Shown here in pieces: positions 22,455 to 34,000 of a DNA stretch of 64,000 nt. The translations under genes were made by a program, and so were the position numbers. The notes below the pieces were generated by a model. That model was given only the letters and a program-made list of their open reading frames with translations, did not search any database and was not told where the DNA came from. Source of the DNA: Mytilus californianus (taxonomy: Eukaryota); assembly GCF_021869535.1 (NCBI RefSeq), contig NW_026262679.1, positions 19,220,001 to 19,284,000 on the forward strand, written 5' to 3'. How positions within the stretch are numbered: position 1 is the first letter of the stretch; the number at the start of each line of letters is the position of its first letter.

Positions 22455-23258
22455 TTACAAGCGTATGGATCTTTTTGCATGTCGCTGTTTTTCTCCAGCG
22501 GTCCAAGACTTTGACTTTGCCCGGAAATGACGTAAATCGGACGAGTGTTCAGAATGGATCATCGGTTTATAACTAATAGGATCGCAATACATCGCCTTTT
22601 CGTTGAAAAATGATTTGTACCCTTCATCCAGTAAATATACTTCTGGGTAGTTCAAAGTAGGATAGTTTTCTTTATTCAAGTCACGATCTTTACTTCTCAA
22701 GAAACGCATCATCTTTGGGCCTCGTTCTGATGAAAACTCACAGTGAAAAACGAGAATTTGCTTCTCTGTAGTCGGCTGTTGAAGAAGTTCCAAAATGGAT
22801 GCATGTAAATACCTGTTTTCGGCACCTTCGATGTGACCTCCTTCAAATTCATATGGGTATCTGCAATCGATGATTCGATAACTATTGATGAAGTTTTTGT
22901 ATCTACCGTCAATGACATCAGAAAGTGTCTGTGGAGAGATGCTTTTCAGATCCTGGTGTTTTCCTGCGACTGTCGGAAGCGAGTAGGTGCTGCTACAATC
23001 AGCAATCAAGTCGTCATTCAGTGTAAGTTTGTTGACGACAGTCTTTAAATCTCTGCAAGGTTTGTTTTGCTTGTCGACGGCAGATGGTGATTTAACGGAA
23101 TCACCCTGGTGACATTTTGTTTTCGACATCTGTGCATCAGAAGTCATAAAAGACATAGTGTCTGCTTTTTGTTTTGTTGCTTCTAATCCAAAGGGTTCCA
23201 TACAACTAATCATTTGGTAACATTCGCCATCGTCCCGAAATAGTTGTTTAGGGAGCAT
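22455..23258 (-). CDS. cdc25: Cdc25 phosphatase, intronless short form (267 aa), diverged copy 4
   Basis: Active site intact; ~25 substitutions plus a 10-aa in-frame indel versus copies 1-3, concentrated N-terminally. Confidence 0.97.
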   Translation of the reverse strand: MLPKQLFRDDGECYQMISCMEPFGLEATKQKADTMSFMTSDAQMSKTKCHQGDSVKSPSAVDKQNKPCRDLKTVVNKLTLNDDLIADCSSTYSLPTVAGKHQDLKSISPQTLSDVIDGRYKNFINSYRIIDCRYPYEFEGGHIEGAENRYLHASILELLQQPTTEKQILVFHCEFSSERGPKMMRFLRSKDRDLNKENYPTLNYPEVYLLDEGYKSFFNEKAMYCDPISYKPMIHSEHSSDLRHFRAKSKSWTAGEKQRHAKRSIRL

Positions 23259-25019
23259 TTTTGTTGTAACTGGTTATTTCACAAAAGTCTTGATTGAATT
23301 TGACCTTGTGAGGTAAAGCACGAATATTTATGGAGAACGGACATTTTGACAAATCATAATTTCAAAGAACCGTGTTCACTTCATTACTCAGATCATTTCA
23401 GAATTAAAACTCGTTGTCTTTTGACCGTAGCTTTGACTTCTGATTAACCTTGTCAAAGATGAAAGCGCGGCTTATCATGGTTTGTCAAGATTTTTAATTA
23501 ATGTATAATGCAATTAACCGAAATGAGGATTTTAAAGGTAATGTCTGAAATATGGTCACTTGATTAACGATACTTTTGTTTGTTGATGAATTTTTTTTTT
23601 CTGTTTTGATATGAAATAAATCCGCTTTATTAACAATAACAAAATAATTAAATGAAAAAAAATAGGATTAAGAAATTAAAAATAAACATTTTACTGAAAG
23701 GAAATAAAATAACACGACTTGAAATAAAACCATTTTTAAACATTTATGTTCCTACATGTAGTAATTTTGTTCTCCATTGCTGATCATTTCAATATATGTA
23801 TTGGTATATGCATACTCAACAGCATAAATAACGTTCAACTTCAAAATAAAATATTTTCAAAATTTCTTGTTTTTGCAAAATGGCAAAACTCTTGTATATT
23901 TTAGGCATATTAACCTCGAAATTAGTACATGAGTATACAAAGAAATTTTGGTTTAAAAAAGTATGAGCCATAATAAGTTACTGTCAAAGTGGTCAAAAGA
24001 ACAAACTTCAATTCAGAAACTAAGCATTAAATTAAATTTCTTTTTTTTTAAAGGTTAACATTTTTTGTTGTTAAAGGTTAACATTTTTCGTTTTTTGTGT
24101 GTTTGTAAATAAAATGTGTTTTCTTATAAAGTCAAAATTTAGAATTAAAAAGGGGTCTTCATTTTCAAATACATTGATTTGTTCGAATCCAAAATGTTTT
24201 GTCAAAATTTTGACTTTTTTCAATCACCTTATGAAATAGAAATGTTTACTCAAAAAGAAATGAATGTAGTTGTATCGTTTCTTTTTGTTGTTGAGTATAT
24301 AATGTCGTGCAATGTATTTGTCTCTACTTTTGACTGTAGCATCCTTATACCAAAACTATAAAGTGTCATCTGAAATTTAATTATGTCTATAATACACATC
24401 TCCTTGTTTTTATATCGGAAGCGCATACAATTGTTGTACATGTAAACATTTTGCTAAATTCAGCTTATACATGTCAATTATTATTCTGTAAATAGGATTT
24501 TGGTGAACTAGCTAAGGGAATAAATATCAAATGAAAATAAAAGACCGTTTTATTGAGGAGAGGTACATGTATCAAACAAATGTTTCAAACATAGTGATTG
24601 TTAAATTTGAAAGCACAAGTGTCCTAAAATAAGACCAAGGGTGGAGATCATTGGCATTAAAAAACCCTCCCCGACAAAAAGAAGAAAAAGAAGAAAACAA
24701 AACAAAACATATAATAACATAACAAAAATTTAAAAAGACAAACAAAGAATGAAAGACGGGAAAACTGACAGTGTCACTTATATTTGAAAGAGTTTATTGC
24801 CGCAATAACGATTTTTACTACTAGAATTTGAAAAGGAGAGTGCATGGAAAAACTCTCAAAGAGATTACAAGGGAAAATGTTCCAAGATATTAAGAGGTTA
24901 ACATGCGGCCTTCAACAATAGATAAGTGTATAAACTATATAATTAGAACGCTAAACAAGTGACAACTCCATCCATTGGATCACGGCTGAAAACACATTAT
25001 ATTCATAATTACTCTAAAT

Positions 25020-25144
25020 ATCAGCACAACAATGTTAAATCTGCAAATTTGCGAAAGCAAATTTTTTGTTCTTCCTTCGCCGGGCTTCGAACTCATGCTA
25101 TTGGGATATCGAGACAACACCGCCTGCACCGTGTCCAGCGCTCA
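25020..25144 (-). mobile_element. tRNA-derived SINE fragment
   Basis: Reverse complement GAGCGCTGGACACGGTGCAGG...GAGTTCGAAGCCCG...GAAGAACAAAAAATTTGC. Confidence 0.7.
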
Positions 25145-25789
25145 TAAATTATATATGTTAGCGGCAATGAGTGAAATTAGGAACTAAGCTTAAATCTTAG
25201 GCAATAGGCTAACGCCTAGGCATTAAGTTATTGCCTGAAATTTTCAGACATTAAGCTTATTTCCTGTAATCTGATGAAGATTATTCAACCTATTACTGAA
25301 CATCATTTCAGGCAATAAGTTAAACTTGGGATTTTTGTTTTATATTCCAAATACAGGTACTTTGTAATTCTGTGAAATATTCTTGATGAATAATATTTAA
25401 AAAATTACATTCCAAAAATTGATATACATTCATTTAAAAGATCTTCAATTTTTCGTATTCAAAGCAGGACTTAACTCGTATTTCTATGTGGTATTGCAAA
25501 AATTATAAGTTTTAAACAAGTAATTGTGTCTAATGGAAAAGGGGGAATTGAAGAGTCTATCTGAAAGTTATCTAAAGAAAATTCACTCTTCACTAATGGA
25601 GCCAGTTTGAGCTGGTCACAAATAGACAACAGAGGATATGAATTTTTGCTGGTCACATTATCTTTCCATCGGTTTTATTGAATATATAAATTTTCTAAAA
25701 TACCCATCTAGTCTTTCTCAATTCTTAATCTGGATTATTAGCACTTAAGCGACAACAAATTTCTTGAATCTTTGCGGACAATAAATTTG

Positions 25790-27985
25790 AATCAGGGAAA
25801 TTTGTAAATGAATTTTTGAAAAGTACTGTTGACAAATTATTGCCTATATATATGAAAATATTTAATACTGTATTAGATACTGGGATTATTCCTGATGCAT
25901 GGTTAATTGGTATTATAAAACCTGTATTTAAAAATAAAGGAGATAAAAATGATCTCGATAATTATCGAGCGCTTTGCTTGACTTCAAATTTGGGCAAGGT
26001 GTTTACATCTATTTTAAACACAAGACTTAATAAATTGTCTGATGAAATAGGGATCATTTCGGACTCACAAGGTGGATTCCGCAAGGGATACTCTGTCCAA
26101 GATAACATGTTTGTTTTACATTCTATTATTACATTATATTTATCTGCCGGAAAGAAATTGTTCTGTGCATTTGTGGATTTTAAACGGGCGTTTGATACCG
26201 TTTGGAGGGCCGGACTTTTCCAAAAACTTATAAAAAATAACATCAGAGGGAAAATGTTTACGTTGATACAGAATATGTACACAGATATTAAGTCTTGTGT
26301 TAAACTTGATAATTTGAAAACTGCATTTTTTCCATGTGAAACGGGTGTTAGACAAGGAGAAAAATTATCTCCATTTCTTTTTGCCTTATACTTGAATGAT
26401 TTAGAAGACTTTTTAAATCAACATTTGGGCCATGGTTTAGAATACCTAGATTCAGAATGTATACATAGCATAGGTATTTATTTGAAAATGTTCATTTTAC
26501 TATATGCAGATGATACAGTTATCTTTGCAGATACTGCTGAAGATTTACAAAATACTTTAAATATATTTGAACAATATTGTAATACTTGGAAAGTTAAGGT
26601 CAATGTCTCAAAGACAAAAATTGTAATTTTTTCTAAACGTAACTGTAATAAGAAATTCAAATTTAATCTATGTAATGATGAAATTGAGATTCAAGATACA
26701 TATACATATCTTGGCTTGTTATTTAATTATAATGGTAATTTTTGTAAAGCCAGAAACAAATTAGTAGATCAAGCTCAAAAAGCTTTATACAGTCTGTACC
26801 AGAGAATTAATAATATTAGTATTCCTTTAGATTTACAGATAAAACTATTTGATTCTTTGGAAGCCCCTATTTTGACTTATTCCTCCGAAATTTGGGGATA
26901 TGAAAATAAGATGAATATTGAGAAGATACATTTACAGTTCTGCAAAAAAATTCTGGGGGTTAGGTCATCGACCGCAAATTTCATGGTCTATGGTGAACTT
27001 GGCCGATTTCCTATCGAAATTAGTATAAAGATGAAAATGATTTGTTTCTGGTACAAACTTGTAACAAATGTTGATAAACTGTCTGGAAAACTCTACAAGC
27101 TTATGTTTAATTTATTTGAAAATGGAAATAATTCTTTTAAGTGGATTAATTATGTAAAATCTATTTTTGATGAAACTGGTAACAGTGAAATCTGGCATGT
27201 ACAAGGAAACGTTAATTTGAATTTTTTAAAAATTAACGTTAAACAAAGACTCCATGATCAGTTCATACAAAAATGGTTTTCGGATATCGATAACTCATCG
27301 AGGGGGAAGTTCTATTCAAAATTTAAGACTGACTTCTGTATGGAACCCTATCTAATTAGACTTAGAAAATTTAGTAGACTCTATATTTGCAAACTTCGCA
27401 CTTGCAATATCAAATTTCCTATCGAAACGGGGAGATGGAATAGAATTCCAGAAATTGAAAGAAAATGTAAGCTTTGTAAGACTGGTCTTGGAGATGAGTA
27501 TCATTACATAGCGCTTTGTGACAATGCTGATGTTATTGAAGTAAGAAATGCATATATTCCTAATTACTACAGAATCAACCCAAATATCAACAAACTTTAT
27601 GGAATGTTGAAATATTGCAACTTAAATGTATTAACTAACCTTTCTATTTTCATTCAAAAGGTTGAAAAACTACTGCTTTCTCTGTAAATCATCACATATG
27701 AATATTTATATATGTTACACTTTTTGTTACTATCCATTATCATTTTATTGTGTTCATGTGATCACGTGGTTATTTAAACTTTACAGATTGCACGTACTTT
27801 TTGCGATCTGGTCAATAGATGTAGTATACATTTAGTTTTGTAAAAAAAAAAAAAAAATATTTATATTGTTTTATTTTATGTATTCTACTCATTTCGCTTC
27901 TATGTTATTTGTAAATTTATGTGTATTTGTCGCTCCTGTTACGCAGGAAATCTGCGTCTGAGTGTATTTTGAATAAACAATAAAC
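25790..27985 (+). mobile_element. 5'-truncated LINE (RTE-X/L2-like, clade tentative) nested in the Ginger element
   Basis: RT ORF plus ~300-nt 3'UTR ending in an AATAAACAATAAAC tail; no clear TSD identified. Confidence 0.8.
25816..27687 (+). CDS. LINE ORF2 reverse transcriptase, 5'-truncated (no endonuclease), with C-terminal CCHC-like tail
   Basis: NYRALCLTS, FVDFKRAFDTV, GVRQGEKLSP, LLYADD, YLG motifs; C-terminal IETGRW...CKLC...DEYHYIALC. The ORF start is the truncation point, not a real initiator. Confidence 0.93.
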   Translation: MKSTVDKLLPIYMKIFNTVLDTGIIPDAWLIGIIKPVFKNKGDKNDLDNYRALCLTSNLGKVFTSILNTRLNKLSDEIGIISDSQGGFRKGYSVQDNMFVLHSIITLYLSAGKKLFCAFVDFKRAFDTVWRAGLFQKLIKNNIRGKMFTLIQNMYTDIKSCVKLDNLKTAFFPCETGVRQGEKLSPFLFALYLNDLEDFLNQHLGHGLEYLDSECIHSIGIYLKMFILLYADDTVIFADTAEDLQNTLNIFEQYCNTWKVKVNVSKTKIVIFSKRNCNKKFKFNLCNDEIEIQDTYTYLGLLFNYNGNFCKARNKLVDQAQKALYSLYQRINNISIPLDLQIKLFDSLEAPILTYSSEIWGYENKMNIEKIHLQFCKKILGVRSSTANFMVYGELGRFPIEISIKMKMICFWYKLVTNVDKLSGKLYKLMFNLFENGNNSFKWINYVKSIFDETGNSEIWHVQGNVNLNFLKINVKQRLHDQFIQKWFSDIDNSSRGKFYSKFKTDFCMEPYLIRLRKFSRLYICKLRTCNIKFPIETGRWNRIPEIERKCKLCKTGLGDEYHYIALCDNADVIEVRNAYIPNYYRINPNINKLYGMLKYCNLNVLTNLSIFIQKVEKLLLSL

Positions 27986-28059
27986 AGAAAACAAAGATCA
28001 TAATTATACCCCAGGCAAAAGTACATGATCATTAGTTTTGGCACCAGAAGAGAAGGCAG

Positions 28060-28780
28060 CTATAGACTGTTACAACTAAAATGGTATGACATGTTTTACC
28101 ATTGGAGGTTTGAATGACTGGTTATTAAAGTAAAAGAGAACTGTATGGTATTTTGGGAAAGCACATAAAGAAATAGGTCATGGCAGCCTATTATTATTGT
28201 AAACCGTATAATAAAACAACCTAATAATGGCTTTGCAAACATTTTCCATGATTCCATTGTTCTATTTCTTCCATTTTGTTAAAATTGTAGCATGTTAAAA
28301 AGCGCATAGGGAAGGGGGTAGCAGTAAAACCCATTTTATCCAAAGAGTTATACAGAAGAGGACAGTTTGATTTAATGGATTTTCAATCAAAGTCAGATGG
28401 AAACTATATTGTCTTATGGTGTACCAAGATCACATGACAAAATTTTATATAATTAGAGCTCTTACGTCAAAAAGTGCTTCAAAGGTTGCTTCTAATTTAC
28501 TTGATGTTTTCAAAATATTTGGTGTGCCGAATAAACAGCAAAGTGAAAAAGTCGTGAATTTACAGATTTAATTATATCCGAATTAATGCCCCTGTGGCCA
28601 GAACTAGTTATTGCTCACGGGAAGCCAATACATCCCAAATCACATGGTAGTTTGAGTGGTCGAATGGAAATATTCATGACATGCTTACTGCATGGATGAG
28701 GGACAACGAATTAAAAAAGTGGTAAATTGGGATCGAATTCGTCCATATACAATAGAATTTTTGCTCTACACAAATGTATT
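28060..28780 (+). pseudogene. Frameshifted DDE integrase/transposase (KRBA2-like)
   Basis: Stitched across frames: GKAHKEIGHG, VKPILSKELYRRGQFDLMDFQSKSDG, MVYQDHMTKFYIIRALTSKSASKVASNLLDVFKIFGVP, LWPELVIAHGKPIHPKSHGS, NGNIHDMLTAWMRDN. Confidence 0.85.
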
Positions 28781-29861
28781 GAACGATCACCAGATGCAAA
28801 TGCTAGAAACTTAAAACTATGCAATCGTCTGTGCCATAGCTCCGCACCAAGTGAAAACAAATAAATTTCAATATAATTTTCTATCAATATTAAAATAAGG
28901 AGATGTGATATGATTGCCAATGAGACAACTATCCAACACGTTTACATATATTTTAAGAGGTTTATTCAATGAGTTTTGATATCAATATTTCTTCTTATTT
29001 TATTATGTGCCAAATGTATCTTAACTTTGAATAAATTTCTTTATATTTACTCTCATTTACATTTAAGGTATTAACATTAATGCCGGGACATAATTTTCAA
29101 GATTTAAGTTTAAATCCTAGTATTTAAGTTTAAATCCTAGGATTTAAGAGTAATGCCTTACTTTATTTAGGCAATAGACTTACTGCCTAGGCGTTAGCTT
29201 ATTGCCTAGGATTTAAGCTTTATCCCTAATTTCACTTTGCCGCTAACATATATATGTCAAGCTCTTAAGAGTCTAAAACCTGTCATCAATATCCAATTCC
29301 CTATATACACATGACAATGATAATATAACAAAATACCACCTATGACGACGTTCAAAACTATATAAATAATCAATGATTATAAAGATCGTCTTTTTATTAA
29401 GTATATATCGCAAGTCGTTTTAATATGTATTTCATTTTCCAGGTATCTTAAAATGCAAATAAGATATCTTATAAACTAACTGAATGTCGAGAAATAGAAA
29501 TTTAAAGTGTCAAAACTGCCTTTTCTTGTAGCTTTTTACGCACATTCTTTATATTTGATTCAATAACTTAATTTCATAACTTTTTAATTTAATTGGAAGT
29601 ATATTAAAATGTTTCATGATTTTTTTTTATATACTAGAACACACCCGTGACATGGCAGGTCCGTGACTGAATTAAAGTACCTACGTCTTATTTTTAGCGT
29701 GGAAACTACATGGGACATATACTATTGGCATCGGTATCGAATTCGACCCTGAACTTGTTGATTGGTGTAATTTTTAATCAACACCATCATCCTATATAAG
29801 TTATATAGAAAGTCGAATTCTTTGATTCGTCGTTTTTACGTCATGCCACGTTTTTGTTTAG

Positions 29862-30000
29862 GGACCAGCTAAAGCACGCCTCCGGGTGCGGGATTTTGTC
29901 GCTGTGTTGAAGACCCATTGGTGGCCTTCGGCTGCTTTCTGCTCTTTGGTCGGGTTGTTGTCTCTTTGACACATTCCCCATTTCTATTCTCAATTTTATT
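29862..30000 (-). mobile_element. Interspersed repeat fragment (AATAAAATTGAGAATAGAAATGGGGAATGTGTCAAAGAGACAAC type)
   Basis: Resembles the termini of the AAAATAAGGAGATGTGG family on the minus strand. Confidence 0.5.
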
Positions 30001-30682
30001 AACAAATTGGACCTCGTTATTTTAGTAGTATAGATTCATATGCAGTTTAAAAGAGTTCTAAATAAATACAAAATTTCAAAATAATCTGAATTACTGCCAA
30101 ATGAAATATTATACTTTGCCTTGAAATAAATGTTAATATAAGGTGTGGATACACGATTATGTCATTGAAGTGAAGTCACTGTCAAGAGATTTGCCAGATT
30201 TCAACTAACAGATTCACTTGCCTCGCCTGGAAAGAAAAGCAAAAGACTTCAGATTCAAATATCAAGAATGCAGAATGGAGAAAATTACATTCTTTACGTA
30301 AGGCCAAGTTCAAGACTAAATATTTTTAGGGCTATTTATAGCTCTTCACGTGTTTAGGTTCAATTCTTCTTGGCTTTCTAATACTTGGGTTTGAGTTTTC
30401 CTGATGAAGATAAATCCAAAAAAAAGCGCTAAGCACGCTAAAATCAATCAAAGAGCTGCAAGCTCTGAGGAAAAATAACGCCATTGTCTCTTATATTGGG
30501 ATATTTTTGATGCAAGTCTTGATTTTCACATGATTTACCTACTGAATCTTTAGAGACTTTTCAGTTCATGGTAGGTATGCTGACTGACAATAGAATAGAA
30601 ATGAATTGTTTTCAATGTCCATGGCTTGTTTATTTGTTTGTCAAGATATATATATATATATATATGTTTGAAGTGAATGTAA

Positions 30683-31035
30683 AAAAGAAGATGTGGTATG
30701 ATTGCCAATGAGACAACTCTCCACAAGAGACCAAATGACACAGAAATTAACAACTAAAGGTCACCGTAAGGCCTACAACAATGAGCAAAGCCCATACCGC
30801 ATAGTCAGCTATAAAAGGCCCCGAAATGACAAATGTTAAACAATTCAAACGAGAAAACTAACGGCCTAATTTACGTTCAAAAAAATGAACAAAAAACAAA
30901 TATGTAACACATCAACAAACGACAACCACTGAATTACAGGCTCCTGACTTGGGACAGACACATACATACAGAATGTGGCGGGGTTAAACATGTAAGCGGG
31001 ATCCCAACCATTCCCTTACCTGGGACAGTGGTGTA
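30683..31035 (+). mobile_element. Longer member of the AAGAAGATGTGGTATGATTGCCAATGAGAC repeat family
   Basis: Collinear with 3049-3368 and extends to CCTGGGACAGTGGTGTAAC. Confidence 0.7.
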
Positions 31036-34000
31036 ACATGACTATATTTATATACTGGTTGTTTCTTTTGTATAAAGAAATAGCTCAAGACTACGTGAAC
31101 GATCTACAATATTCAAAGTAATATGTGAATTTGTTTCTTGCAATTTCATTATTCTTAGTCAAGGATACATTAACAGACTATCCCCTTCTTTGTAGAATTA
31201 TTTAACAAAATGATGATGAAGAGCCTGCAGTAAGCAAGCTCTTATACCCCACATAGTCCTTATTTAAGAGATAAGTTACAAGTGACTTAGTGACATTTTT
31301 ATTTCTGTTACTTAAAGGATGATCAAATTCTGTAGATTTAGACAATAGTATTGTTATACTAGTTTGACAATTACAAATATAGTGACACCATTTATACAAC
31401 CAAATTTCATTGTTGATATTTATATATATATAAACTGAAATCTTTAAATGACAACATAAATCATTGCAGAATTATCTTTTTTTCAAATGATTTAATGTTT
31501 GTGGGTCATTTATTTCAAATAATTAACCCGTACTAAAATAAGGAGATGTGGTTACATGATTGCCAATGAGATAACAGTCTGATAACTAGCTAGCTATCCA
31601 CCAGAGTCTAAATAATTTGGCTGTTGGCAGTTATAAGTCACTTTACATCATTATAGCCTCATTTTTTGTAAGGAACTAGCTAGACCTTTTTCTTGGGCAA
31701 GGTGTATTATATAACTCTGAAAGCAATACAATCCAGTGTTCTTCCCAGGATTTTTTTTTATAGCGCTGTGGTATTAGCGCCCGATTTAAGATTGATTCAC
31801 CTTAAGTTTCATGTTTGTGACTTGATGTTACATTTATTTATAACTACCATGTTAGTTTTATTTTATTGAATAGACAAAGACCTGGATTTTTTATACATGT
31901 GCCATGTGCATTAACTGAAATGCAAATAAGTGACATTTCAATTATTAATTAAACTTTAAAAATTTAAAATGCGTAGATAACTTAAATAATTTGATTTTAT
32001 TACCACCCGTTCCCAAATGTAGCACAGAAGGTATATCTTTTTTTCTCACTTTCAGTTGTTTGACTTATAAACTAGTTGTATATCCTTTACAGCTTCATTA
32101 TTTATTTATACACATATTTAAGAAGGTTTACAATGACAAAATTGGAATTTCTTCATTAATTTTTATTTACATTTATCAAATTACAATTTTGCAATTAAAA
32201 TTGGCATATCCTTAAATATCAAAGGAAGAAATGGAATAACTCTTTCCATAAGTACTGAAATGTTATTAAAGGCATGTTTAAAATAGGCTAACATATTTGA
32301 TCATATTCCAAGATAAATATAATAGAAATCTTTTTTTTTAAGAAGTCTTTTTTTATCATTAAAGGTGGATTATCAATTAATAAATGTTTGCCAATTGAAA
32401 CATAACAACCACCTTTAAAAGTTGTGTTTGGTTATTTTATGAATATGTGAATTATTGCTATCAGAAATATTTTACAAGATTTGACAATACTTGTTTCAGC
32501 ACTTTTGAAATTGTCTCCCTTCACAACTTCCTGTTTACACATTTTGCTGTATCTCTATGAATCATTAAATGCCATTACTTATCCAAGTCATCCACAGTTA
32601 ACATTGATTTTAAATTAATATCCAATGAATATTTATTGAAAAGTGGATGGCAAATCTCAGTACTTTTTATTTATTTTTTAGAAATTTTCGTATCCGATTT
32701 TGAAAAAGTAATCGTAAAATACGGGCTTGTAATGAACACCTGGACAACGGGAATGCTTTTCTCAAAACAATACAGGTTCAATAGTTTAGTTGTTAACTCG
32801 AAAAAGGAATGAAATAATCGTAATGTTTCAAAAATGGACGAGACCACGTTGTCAGAGAAAGGGTACAACTTTCCTTAAATACTTTTGGTATGATTCATTG
32901 AGCACTGCCTACTCCTTTCATAAAGTATCTGCATCTTATAATTCTTTTTAAAGTGAAGAAATCCAGAAAGAAATAAAGTCTTTTTGACAGAAAAACTTCT
33001 GCAATTATCGCCATTGTATTCTTTAATACAACTGGCCCCTGCGATATTTGATCTATTCCATATAATTCCATTTAATAACAACAGAGACATATAATACAAG
33101 AGATTCGCAACTCAGCGAAATCCCGTAAAAACACGCGGCCACTAGTTAAACCTCGCGAGATCTCCTTAGGTAATAAAGTCATGAATAAAAGTATTAAAAG
33201 TACTCGAAGTAAGGACGAATGTTTAAGCATAACATAAACTGTTTCAGTGTTAAATTTATCATAATTAATTAAATAATTTGAGTTCATATATAATTATTTA
33301 TTTTAATGTAATTTTGATTTAAGATTTGTATTATAGAAAAAGAGACATAATTTGATATTGTATTTAAAAAAAAACTGATAGTAAATAATTAACACTTGAT
33401 AAATTGTGTCAGAGTTCATTTTATTTGATAGTTTCATAATAGGTTTCCATTGAATATACACCTGTCTCGGAGACATAATTTCACAGTGTGACATGTATAT
33501 TAGGTTTGAATTATTCGATGACCAGGTAAATCACGAACATGTTATAAATAATGAGTTTTAATTGACATCCTGTAAACAAGAAGTTGTTACACCACAGGTG
33601 TCCACACACGATTTCCAAAAATACAATTCACAAAATGTAAAATTAATTAATGTGGAAAAAAAGTTAATTTATTTGTTAATTAATTGTTAATCATGAAAAG
33701 CTTTGTTTTCTATTCTTGATATTTATAAATTATTAAAATTTTATTTATTTTTATATTCATCATTAATTGGGCTTGCATTGAGTTTTTTCTGTGGGATTGC
33801 CGGTAAATGTTTGATTTCTATGAGTTGTTTGACAGTTTCTTCATAGGCTTGCATTGAGTTGTTTTTTAATTGATTGTCGGTAAATTTATGGTTTCTTCAT
33901 GTTCGAAGTGTGTATTGAGAATTAATATTTAAGAAAATTACATTTAATTTCTCATTTGAATAAAGCTTCATTCATGTGCACGCAATATGGAAAATTCCGA

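Larger units (their letters stand above)
25156..29248 (+). mobile_element. Decayed Ginger/TDD-type (KRBA2/SCAND3-like integrase) DNA transposon
   Basis: ~85-bp TIRs starting TGTTAGCGGCA (25156) and ending TGCCGCTAACA (29248); TATA on both sides (4-bp TSD); internal integrase remnants. Confidence 0.8.

Noticed and set aside
25260-25800. Inverted (twin-primed) 5' part of the LINE
   Set aside because: Translation of both strands gave no endonuclease motifs; more likely the 5' part of the Ginger element.
31734-31790. hAT-like terminus CAGTGTTCTTCCCAGG
   Set aside because: No matching inverted end or TSD found in the window.
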